From: a bacterium
GTDB taxonomy: Bacteria > JADJOY01
Direction: 5' to 3'
NCBI GenBank assembly: GCA_046331705.1
Contig: JAXLQJ010000011.1
Coordinates: 117,425-181,424 of the forward strand
Length of the DNA stretch: 64,000 nt
This document shows, piece after piece, positions 7,551-15,252 of the stretch (positions are counted from its first letter, which is position 1; each line of letters opens with the position of its first letter). The notes below the pieces were generated by a model that worked only from the letters and a program-made list of their open reading frames with translations, made no database searches and was not told the origin of the DNA. The translations under genes and the position numbers were made by a program.

Positions 7551-9352
7551 AGTTGGCGGCTCCGCGCGAGGGTGTCGCTCAGCACTTCGACGGTCTTCTT
7601 CCGGTCGGCCTCGGTCAGCCCGAGGATGTCGCGAAGCGCGTCGCCGATGTGCGGGATGTACTTCTCGATGTAGGCGTACTTCTTGGCGGCGTCCGCCTCG
7701 CGGCGGCGGCGCTTGATGTGGGCGCCGAGCTTCCGCCCCGCCTCCTGGAGCGCGAGCCGGAACTCCTTGATGATCTCGGGGTAGTGCGCGATCGCTTCCT
7801 TCGATTCCGAGGTGTAGGGCACCCACACGCTGGCGATGTGCACCATCACCACCAGCGGCCCGATCGGCAGGGCGCCCTTGGGCTGCTGGAGGCCGTAGTT
7901 CCGCCAGTCGGTGCTGATCACCGACTTGGTCACGGCGCACGCGGATTGCTGATAGAGCAGCGGCACGCGGTTCGCGAAGCGCAGCAGTCGGACGGTCTCG
8001 TCGGCGGGCATGCCGCCGCCGTAGGCGAGCGCCACTTCCACCACGAACGGGTTGCCGCGGTAGACGGTGGGCTTGCGCGAGGTGGCCTCGCAGAAGATGT
8101 CGCCCTCGGCGTCCTTCGCGAGCTCCTTGAGCAACCCGGCCTTGAGCAGCTCCTCGCCGATCGGCACCACGCAGTCGGTGGGCGGGATGCGGATCTTGGT
8201 GACGCCGATGGCGTGGAAGAGCGCGTCGGCCTGCTCACGGGTGACGGCGGCGGGCTTGAGGGTCGTGCCGAGCTTGGCGGTCTTCAGGATCTCCTCGGCC
8301 ACCGACGAGCTCACCCGCGAGAAGTCCTCGGCCAGGAAGCTCTTGACCGTGCGCGCCTTGGTGATCTTGAGCATGTCGATCAAGGCGCCCAGCTCGATGC
8401 CGTGCGGGTGCGGCTTGATCTCCCGCGGCGGCGGCGGCAGCTCCTTGGTGGCGCGCTCGAACTCGAGGGTCTCGCCCTCGGGCGTCCGGTACGTCAGGGC
8501 GACGTGCGGATTCGCGATCGCGGTCTGGCGCAGGTAGTCGTCGACCGACTGGCGACCTTTCTGGTAGCGCGCCTCGAGCTCGATCTCGACCCGGGTGCCG
8601 TGGGACCGGTGCCAATCGTTGACCGCATCCTTGTGGAGGATCTCGGGCGTGTTCTTGCGGCTGTCGATCTTGAGGTCCATCCGCACGGCGTGCTTGCGTG
8701 CGCCCGTGCGCGAGATCACGCGGATGGGCTTGCCGGTGGTGAGCGTTCCGTAGAGCCCGGCGGCGCTGATGCCGATCCCTTGCTGGCCGCGGCTCATGCT
8801 GAGCCGGTGGAACTTCGAGCCGTAGAGCAGCCGCGCGAAGATGTTGGGGATCTGCTGCTCGACGATTCCCGGCCCGTTGTCCTCCATCACCACCCGGAAG
8901 CGGTCTTCCTTCTCGGTCGGATGGATCTCGACCACGATCTCGGGAAGGATGCCGGCCTCCTCGCAGGCGTCGAGCGAGTTGTCGACGCCCTCGCGCACGG
9001 CGGTGAGCAACGCCTTCTTCGGGTTGTCGAAGCCCAGCAGGTGGCGGTTCTTGGTGAAGAACTCGGAGATCGAGATCTCCTTCTGGTTCTTCGCCATGTC
9101 CTGGGCGGTGCGGCGGTGTCCCGACGGAGGCGCTCCGCCACTGCTCGGCGGCTTCGCCGGGGCGCTGCCGGCGCTGGGCGCCGGTGCGCTCGCGCCGAGG
9201 TCCAGCTCGAGCTCGAGATCGGACGGCGCCGCTTCGGGCGACGGTGCGCTCGCGGGAGGACGGGAACGCTCGGCGGGGCTGGCTAAGGGCGGTGCCGCGG
9301 GTGCACCGAAGTCGAGGGTGGGCTCGGCAGCTGCTGGACTTCGCGACGGCAT
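7547..9352 (-). CDS. top6B: DNA topoisomerase VI subunit B (GHKL ATPase) with a Pro/Ala/Ser-rich N-terminal extension of about 85 aa
   Basis: GHKL N-box 'REGVDNSLDA', G1 'EDNGPGI' and G2 'SRGQQGIGISAAG', followed by a transducer region. The ATG at 9352 is preceded by GAGGAG with a 5-nt spacer. The track start at 9358 is a GTG inside that SD. The alternative core start 'MAKNQKEISISEFF' at 9097 has no SD. Confidence 0.9.
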   Translation of the reverse strand: MPSRSPAAAEPTLDFGAPAAPPLASPAERSRPPASAPSPEAAPSDLELELDLGASAPAPSAGSAPAKPPSSGGAPPSGHRRTAQDMAKNQKEISISEFFTKNRHLLGFDNPKKALLTAVREGVDNSLDACEEAGILPEIVVEIHPTEKEDRFRVVMEDNGPGIVEQQIPNIFARLLYGSKFHRLSMSRGQQGIGISAAGLYGTLTTGKPIRVISRTGARKHAVRMDLKIDSRKNTPEILHKDAVNDWHRSHGTRVEIELEARYQKGRQSVDDYLRQTAIANPHVALTYRTPEGETLEFERATKELPPPPREIKPHPHGIELGALIDMLKITKARTVKSFLAEDFSRVSSSVAEEILKTAKLGTTLKPAAVTREQADALFHAIGVTKIRIPPTDCVVPIGEELLKAGLLKELAKDAEGDIFCEATSRKPTVYRGNPFVVEVALAYGGGMPADETVRLLRFANRVPLLYQQSACAVTKSVISTDWRNYGLQQPKGALPIGPLVVMVHIASVWVPYTSESKEAIAHYPEIIKEFRLALQEAGRKLGAHIKRRRREADAAKKYAYIEKYIPHIGDALRDILGLTEADRKKTVEVLSDTLARSRQL

Positions 9353-9380
9353 CGGCACTCCTCAGGGCGAGTCGGGGGAG

Positions 9381-9420
9381 CCGTCGGGCTCGCGCGAATA
9401 CAAGATCTCGCGCCCGACGG
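9381..9420 (-). promoter_or_regulatory. Inverted repeat / 5'-leader hairpin upstream of top6B
   Basis: A perfect 9-nt inverted repeat, CCGTCGGGC (9381-9389) and GCCCGACGG (9412-9420), is separated by 22 nt containing an inner GCGA/TCGC pair. It sits 29 nt upstream of the top6B ATG and downstream of the candidate promoter. Confidence 0.3.
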
Positions 9421-9434
9421 ACTCGATCCCACTG

Positions 9435-9463
9435 GATCTAGTGGAGATGCGGGGTGGGGTCAA
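9435..9463 (-). promoter_or_regulatory. Candidate sigma70-type promoter for top6B
   Basis: The minus strand reads TTGACC (9463-9458), 17 nt, TAGATC (9440-9435). This is consensus matching by eye only. Confidence 0.3.
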
Positions 9464-9518
9464 GGCCCGGGAAATGCCCACGGGCAGGCCGCGAAGCGAC
9501 TCGTCGGCGCCGGGCTCG

Positions 9519-9546
9519 GCGCTGCGCTGGACGGTGTGCGCAGCGC
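9519..9546 (-). terminator. GC-rich stem-loop downstream of the flp-linked small gene
   Basis: A perfect 9-bp inverted repeat GCGCTGCGC / GCGCAGCGC with a 10-nt loop starts 16 nt after the stop at 9562. There is no U-tract. Confidence 0.3.
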
Positions 9547-9561
9547 TTGGGGGGCCGTCTT

Positions 9562-9951
9562 TCAGGGCTCTTCCGAGCCCTGCCCACGCCCGTTCCCGCT
9601 GGCGCCGAGCGCCGCGCGGTCGCGCCCTTCCGCCGCACCGTAGCTGCGCATGGCGTTGCGCGCCTTCTGGGTTGCGTCCTCGAGATGGGGTGTCGTCTTC
9701 GAGCCGGCGAGGATGCCCTCGATGCCCGCGGTGGTGCCGGGCTCGGTGAGCGGCGCGCCGCCCGCGGAGGAGCCGCGGCGCTCGGCGGCGGGCGCGGGGC
9801 TCGGGCTGCTCGCACGGGGCGCGGCGGCCGAATCCGTCGGCGTGACCGTGCTGGGAGGCGTCGCGACGCGAGGCGCGCGGTGCCGGCTCTGGACGGCGAT
9901 CACCGCGATCGCCGCGGCGAGGAGCAACGTCAGCCAGCCGAGCTTGCTCAT
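9562..9951 (-). CDS. Small N-terminally membrane-anchored hypothetical protein
   Basis: ATG at 9951, 25 nt after the flp stop. TM helix 'LGWLTLLLAAAIAVIAV' followed by a Pro/Ser/Ala-rich linker. Very high GC3 in this frame. Confidence 0.55.
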   Translation of the reverse strand: MSKLGWLTLLLAAAIAVIAVQSRHRAPRVATPPSTVTPTDSAAAPRASSPSPAPAAERRGSSAGGAPLTEPGTTAGIEGILAGSKTTPHLEDATQKARNAMRSYGAAEGRDRAALGASGNGRGQGSEEP

Positions 9952-9976
9952 GCCCGAGCTCGGGGTGCGCGGTGCG

Positions 9977-10198
9977 TCACCCGGCGTCTCCCACCGGCGC
10001 GCTCGCGAGCGCGTTCTGGACGGCGGCGAAGATGTCGACGATGTCCGCGCGGATGCGCTCGAGGGAGCTGATGGCCGCGACCGCGACGATCCCGCAGATC
10101 AGCGCGTACTCGATCGATGTCTGGGCGTCGTCGTCGTGGATCAACCGGGCGAGAGTGCCGCCGAGCACCTCGACGAGACGAGCGCGCGTCATGGGCAT
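9977..10198 (-). CDS. flp: Flp/Fap family type IVb pilin
   Basis: 'DDDAQTSIEYALICGIVAVAAI' matches the Flp motif (G/A-x-T-x-I-E-Y-A-L-I plus a hydrophobic helix). ATG at 10198 (a second ATG lies at 10192), about 72 aa. The upstream part of track ORF 9977..10372 is Arg-rich noise. Confidence 0.75.
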   Translation of the reverse strand: MPMTRARLVEVLGGTLARLIHDDDAQTSIEYALICGIVAVAAISSLERIRADIVDIFAAVQNALASAPVGDAG

Positions 10199-10484
10199 CG
10201 ATCCGCGGTGGGGGCGAGCATGCCCATCGGATAGCACGGCCGGGATGGCGAATCCAGCCGCGCGTCGACGCCGCGATCGACGCGCCCCGCGCCGTGTGGC
10301 CACCGTGTCGCCCCGGATGCGTCGCGGCGCCACTCGTGCGATGTTGGCGCTCCACGTGCGTCGCCGAGCCAAGGTGACGTCACCGGAGCCACACTAGCGT
10401 TTCATGAGCTCGTCACGCCGCTCGCTCACGATCGCGGCGTGCATTCGTGGCCGGGCCGAGCCCCGGATCGAGGAGACCCACCCG

Positions 10485-11102
10485 ATGAGCAAGCCGCGAG
10501 CCCGCGTCGCCCTTCCCCTCGTCCTGGCCGCCTGCGCGGCGCTCGTCTCGAGCGTGGTCGCGCGCGCCGAAGACGACGCGCAGTGGAATGCGAAGTTCGA
10601 GGAACGCTTCAAGGGCGTCCTCAAGCCGAAGACCGAGTACAAGGCCGTGGTGACGATGGAGAAGGGCGGTAGCTTCACGATCCTCTTCGATCCATCGGTG
10701 GCGCCCAACCACGTGGCGAACTTCGTGTCGTTGGCGCGCAAGGGTTTCTACAACGGCACCAGCTTCCATCGCGTGATCCCGGGCTTCATGGCGCAGGGCG
10801 GTGATCCCACCGGCACCGGCACGGGCGGGCCCGGCTACACGATCAAGGCGGAGTTCAATGCCACGAAGCACGTGCGCGGCACGGTGTCGATGGCGCGCAA
10901 GCCGGATCCGGACTCCGCGGGAAGCCAGTTCTTCATCTGCTTCGGCGATACGCCCAACCTCGACAACCAGTACACCGTGTTCGGCAAGGTGATCGAGGGC
11001 ATGGACGTGGTCGACAAGATCAAGCCGCGCGATCCGATGCGCGCCACCGAGCCCGGCGACAAGATCCAGACGGTGGTCATCCAGGAAGCGGCCAAGCCCT
11101 AG
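10485..11102 (+). CDS. Periplasmic cyclophilin-type peptidyl-prolyl cis-trans isomerase
   Basis: 'FHRVIPGFMAQGGDPTGTGTGGPGY', 'GTVSMAR..DSAGSQFFI' and 'YTVFGKV'. The ATG at 10485 gives a signal peptide 'ALPLVLAACAALVSSVVARA'. Confidence 0.9.
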   Translation: MSKPRARVALPLVLAACAALVSSVVARAEDDAQWNAKFEERFKGVLKPKTEYKAVVTMEKGGSFTILFDPSVAPNHVANFVSLARKGFYNGTSFHRVIPGFMAQGGDPTGTGTGGPGYTIKAEFNATKHVRGTVSMARKPDPDSAGSQFFICFGDTPNLDNQYTVFGKVIEGMDVVDKIKPRDPMRATEPGDKIQTVVIQEAAKP

Positions 11103-12450
11103 TGTCGAACGGGACCGGGGATCCAGGCATCGTGTCCGAAGCACAGGTTCTCACGACGCTCGGGGCGCTGATCGCGCCCGAGCTCGCCGCCGACCCGTCG
11201 CGGGTCGCGGTCGTCGAAGCCAGCCGTCACGTCACGTTCGCCGAGCTCGATCACGAGGCCGACCGGGTCGCGGCCGCGCTCATCGCCCTCGGCCTCAAGA
11301 GCGGCGATCGCGTCTTGCTGTGGATGGCGTCGTGCGCCGAGTGGCTCGGCACGGCGCTCGGCATCGCGCGGGCCGGGTGCACGCTCGTCACGCTCGACGC
11401 GGCGGCGGGCCCGAGCGAGCTGGCACGCGCGCTCGGCCAGACGCACGCCAAGGTCGTCTTCCTCTCGCCGCGGATCGACTCCACGCGCTCAAGGAAGTGG
11501 CACCGCAATGCTTTCGCGGGGAGCCGGGAGCGACGCACAGCGCCGACCTGCCCGAGCTGCGCGCCGTGGCGGTGACCGGCAACGACGTCCCCGACGGCTG
11601 CTTCGCCGTCACCGCGGTGCTGGGCCTGGGGCGCAGCATCTCCCGCGATCGGTTGGTCGCGCGGATCGTCCGATGCGATCCGCACGACACCGCGTGGATC
11701 GCCTACGGCTCGGCGCTGGATGGACGACATCGCGGGGTGATGCTCTCGCACGCGGCGCTCGGCCAGCGCATCGGATGGATGGCGCGGCTCGCCGGACCGG
11801 CCGCGGGAACCACGCTGCTCGCCGGATCGCTCACGGACGTGAGCGCCGCGGTGGCCGGGTCGTTCACGGCGCTGTGGCGCGGTGCCGCGCAGGTGGTGGC
11901 GGAGAGCGCCGACCTCGGCGAGGTGCTGGCGTGGATCCCGCGGGTCTCGGCATCCGAGATCGTGCTGCCGCCCTACGCGGCGCGGGTGCTGCTGCGCCAT
12001 CCCGATCGCGGGCGCTGGGGCGTGGCGCGGCTCGGGGTCCGCGTGCTTCACCCCGCGCATCTCGCGATCGATCCCGTCGGCACGCAGACCGAGCCCGACC
12101 CGAGCCTCGATCTCGTGGAGCTGGTGTGCGCCACGGAAGCGGGCGGGCCGTTCGCCACGGCGTGGCCGCCCGAATCGAGCGGCATGCTGGCCGGGCTCGA
12201 GGCGCGGATAGCCAACCCCGCCGCGGACGGCAGCGGGTTGCTGGAGATTCGGGGCGCAGGGCTGATGCAGGGCTACCAGGGCGACGACGCTGCCAGCCTG
12301 CGCGTGCTCGCCGAGGACGGCTGGCTCGCCTTGCCGGTTCCCGCCGTGATCGGCGAGGGCGGGCGCATGCGCTTCGACACCGGCACCGCGGCGGTGCCGC
12401 GCGGAAGCGTGGGGTACGCGAGCGGCGATCCGTTCCCCATGCCTTCCTGA
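11102..12450 (+). pseudogene. Degenerate, frameshifted AMP-dependent synthetase/ligase (acyl-CoA synthetase-like)
   Basis: The N-terminal 125 aa (frame of 11102) look like a normal adenylate-forming enzyme ('TFAELDHEADRVAAALIALGLKSGDRVLL'). Homology and high GC3 jump to the frame of ORF 11320..12450 near 11485-11492. The P-loop motif is degenerate ('YGSALDGRHRGVMLSH' versus Y-T-S-G-T-T-G-x-P-K-G-V). 'LLEIRGAGLMQGYQGD..DGW' is retained but the C-terminal subdomain is missing. Confidence 0.55.
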
Positions 12451-12501
12451 GCCCTGCGAGAGCTCGGCAGCATTCCTTCGCGAGCGCTGGCGCGGCCCGC
12501 G

Positions 12502-12780
12502 TCAGTGGACGATCGCGTACGTCTCCGAGATGGCGCGACGGAAGCGCGGCGCGTGAATGAGGTCGAAGGTCGCGCCCGAGCCGGGGAAATGGTGCTCCGC
12601 AGCTTCGCGCGATCGCGCCACCAGCTCGTCGCACGCCGCGATCGGGAGCTGGCCGCTGCGAATCAACGCCAGCGCCAGGTCGATGAAGCGAGTGAGGCGG
12701 ACGATGCGGCGATCCTCTTCCCGAACCTCGGGCGAATGACCTCGTAGCGGATCGAGGCTCGCTGCCTCGCGTTCACTCAC
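12502..12780 (-). CDS. Small hypothetical protein (92 aa)
   Basis: GTG start at 12780, 27 nt after the upstream lipoprotein gene stop. Balanced, non-repetitive composition and mostly G/C third positions. No family recognised. Confidence 0.45.
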   Translation of the reverse strand: MSEREAASLDPLRGHSPEVREEDRRIVRLTRFIDLALALIRSGQLPIAACDELVARSREAAEHHFPGSGATFDLIHAPRFRRAISETYAIVH

Positions 12781-12807
12781 GTTCCACGCTCGTCCGACCG
12801 CGGATCG

Positions 12808-13221
12808 TCACGGACCGAGCGAGTCGAGTAGCTCGCCGATGCTGGTGTCCGAGGGATCGAGCGCTCGCGCGCGCAGCAACGCGCGGCGGGCATCCGTGCG
12901 GTTGCCCGCGTCGCGATACGCGGACCCGAGATCGCGCAGCAGCGTCGCATCGTCGTCGCATTGCGCCGCGGCTTGCTCGAGCACGTGGACGCGTTCGCTC
13001 GGCTCCGCCAGCCGCTCGGCGCGCGTCGCCAGCGCACGGGCGCGCCGGCAATCCGAGGTGCCCTCGCTGGGGACGGGCGACGGCGGCAGCGCCGGCGCGG
13101 GCGGCGGCGTGCTCGGGTGGCCGATGCCCGGACCGGCGCTCGGCGGCACGGTCGGCGGACAGCCCGCTTGCGCGAGCGCGAGCCAGCCGAGAACGAGCGC
13201 AGCGTGCGCGGGGCGATTCAT
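12808..13221 (-). CDS. Lipoprotein with TPR-like C-terminal helices
   Basis: The ATG at 13221 overlaps the lgt stop (ATGA). Lipobox 'LALAQAGC', a Pro-rich linker, then 'GSAYRDAGNRTDARRALLRARALDP' (TPR-like). The rest of track ORF 12808..14235 is noise. Confidence 0.65.
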   Translation of the reverse strand: MNRPAHAALVLGWLALAQAGCPPTVPPSAGPGIGHPSTPPPAPALPPSPVPSEGTSDCRRARALATRAERLAEPSERVHVLEQAAAQCDDDATLLRDLGSAYRDAGNRTDARRALLRARALDPSDTSIGELLDSLGP

Positions 13222-14615
13222 GTCGTGGCCGCGGCGCCGCGTCCCGAATCGTCGGCGCCGCCCTTCCGGAAGGTCCAGAGTAACGCGAGGCCGCCCAGCA
13301 CGATCAGCGGCAGGCTCACCACTTGCGACTCCGCCAGCGCCAGCGGCCCCATCGTGACGAACCCGCGCGGATCGTTGCGCAAGAACTCGATCGCGAATCG
13401 GAACGCGCCATACACGACGAGCATCACGTAGAAGAGCTGGCCACGGCGCGTGAGCCGTGGCCGCAGCGACACCAGCAGCAGGAAGATGAGCACGTCGCCG
13501 ATCGACGACATCACCTGCGTGGGATAGAGCGGCACGAAGCGCGGCGAGAGACTGTCTTGCGCCGTGATCACCACCGAGAGCGGGAAGCCTGGCGCGACCT
13601 TGCCGTGGCAGCATCCCGCCGCGGCGCAGCCGAGGCGGCCGAACGCGATGCCCAGCATGATGGACGGGCTGGTGATGTCCGCCACCTCGAGAAACCTGAG
13701 CCCGCGCACGTAGCAGAACGCGGCGCTGAAGAGCGTCGCGCCCAGGAATCCGCCGTAGTACGTGAGCCCGCCGTTCCAGATCCGGAGCACTTCCAGGAGG
13801 TTGTCGCGGCGATAGCTGGGGTAGTGGAACGCCACGTGCTGCACCCAGCCGAACGCGACCGCGAGGCACGCGCCGAGCACCGCCCGAAGCCACGGCCGCC
13901 GCGCCGGGTGATGGTAGCGGCGGGCGACGATCGGTAGCAGCACGACGAGGGCGGCGATCGTGTACGCGAAGACCTCGACCAGGTTCGCGCCGGACTCGCC
14001 GCCGCCGAAGCGGTGCCAGAGCGCCGTGGTCGTGGCGAGGCCGATCGCGGCGATCCACACTTCGAGATGATTCCAGGCGGTGTGCGGCTGACCGGGGATC
14101 CGCCGCGCCGTCCAGCGTGCTGCCGCGACGAACGCGGCGCTGGCGATCGCGGCGGCGGCGAGCGCCGCGAGCTCGGCGACGTTCCCGCCGGATGCCGGCA
14201 CGTGCGCAGCGACCTGAACCAGCGCCACCGCCCACACGGCGAGCGCCGCGAGCGGCCAGTGGGGCTCGAGCGGGGTCGCCGCCTCACGCGCGACGCCGCG
14301 GCGCAGCGCGATCAGGATCGCGGCGAAGGCCGCGGCGCTCGCGATCGCGAGCGCGCCGCCTTCCCACGGCCGGAGCAGCGGGTGCGGCCCCGCGGTGAAC
14401 TGCTCGTGGAAGACGATGACGTGGAAGATCCGCGAGCCGACGATCGAGGCCACCAGGATCCAGGTGCAGAGATCGAGGAGCGCATCGACGTCGGAGCCCA
14501 CGCGCTCGGCCTGGCGCGCGGCGAGGTAGATGCCGACGACGAAGCCGATCGCGAGGAATACGCCGTAACTGTGTAGGAAGAACCCATCACCGAAGCGGAT
14601 CAGGATGGGTCGCAC
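13218..14615 (-). CDS. lgt: Prolipoprotein diacylglyceryl transferase with a hydrophobic insertion of about 185 aa
   Basis: GTG at 14615, 3 nt after the lspA stop. 'LHSYGVFLAIGF', 'IWNGGLTYYGGFLGA', 'GIAFGRLGCAAAGCCHG' and 'YGAFRFAIEFLRNDPRG' are Lgt signatures. At 465 aa it is far longer than the usual 270-290 aa. Confidence 0.85.
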   Translation of the reverse strand: MRPILIRFGDGFFLHSYGVFLAIGFVVGIYLAARQAERVGSDVDALLDLCTWILVASIVGSRIFHVIVFHEQFTAGPHPLLRPWEGGALAIASAAAFAAILIALRRGVAREAATPLEPHWPLAALAVWAVALVQVAAHVPASGGNVAELAALAAAAIASAAFVAAARWTARRIPGQPHTAWNHLEVWIAAIGLATTTALWHRFGGGESGANLVEVFAYTIAALVVLLPIVARRYHHPARRPWLRAVLGACLAVAFGWVQHVAFHYPSYRRDNLLEVLRIWNGGLTYYGGFLGATLFSAAFCYVRGLRFLEVADITSPSIMLGIAFGRLGCAAAGCCHGKVAPGFPLSVVITAQDSLSPRFVPLYPTQVMSSIGDVLIFLLLVSLRPRLTRRGQLFYVMLVVYGAFRFAIEFLRNDPRGFVTMGPLALAESQVVSLPLIVLGGLALLWTFRKGGADDSGRGAAATT

Positions 14616-14618
14616 GGC

Positions 14619-15167
14619 TCAAGAGGCGTCCGAGGGCACGCGGGGCGGGGTGGGCGCGGCGTCGCCGTCGAGCGCGCGCGAGCGGTCGTCCGCGTCGGGA
14701 TGGCGGACGAGATCGATCATGAGGATACCCACGCCGACCACGATGGCGACGTCGGCGACGTTGAACGCGGGCCAATGGTAACGGCCGCGGTAGAAGTCCA
14801 GGAAGTCGATCACCTCACCCAGCCGGATGCGGTCGATCAGGTTCCCGATGGCGCCGCCGAGCACCAGGCTCAGCGCCGTGACGAGCCCCCAGCGATCGTC
14901 GGGCGCCTTGCGGATCATGCCCACCACGAGCGCGATCGCCGCGATCGAGAGCACCAGGAATACCGGGCCGCGCAGGCTCGCGTCCATGCCCGCGAAGAGC
15001 CCGAACGCCCCGCCGCGATTGCGGACGTGCACCAGATCGAAGAAACCCTGGACCACCGGCACGTGGCGCGCGAGCGGGATGCGGCTGTGCACCAGCATCT
15101 TGGTCCACTGGTCGAGCGCCGCCGAGAGCGCCGACACGCACAACAGGACGATCCACTTTCGCTTCAT
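14619..15167 (-). CDS. lspA: Lipoprotein signal peptidase II
   Basis: 'LDQWTK', 'NRGGAFG', 'LVLGGAIGNLIDR', 'VIDFLDF' and 'WPAFNVADVAI' are canonical LspA motifs. Confidence 0.9.
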   Translation of the reverse strand: MKRKWIVLLCVSALSAALDQWTKMLVHSRIPLARHVPVVQGFFDLVHVRNRGGAFGLFAGMDASLRGPVFLVLSIAAIALVVGMIRKAPDDRWGLVTALSLVLGGAIGNLIDRIRLGEVIDFLDFYRGRYHWPAFNVADVAIVVGVGILMIDLVRHPDADDRSRALDGDAAPTPPRVPSDAS

Positions 15168-15252
15168 TCGTCGCTCGTGTGTCGGCGCCAGCGGTGGGGC
15201 GGGGTGGGGCTCTGCGGTGCGGCGTCGACGGGCGAACGCGCGGGGACGAAGC

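Noticed and set aside
11480-11495. Programmed ribosomal frameshifting at the two frameshift sites (11.49 kb and 20.52 kb).
   Set aside because: Neither junction shows a slippery heptamer (X XXY YYZ), a homopolymer or an obvious downstream pseudoknot. A mutation or an assembly error is the simpler explanation.
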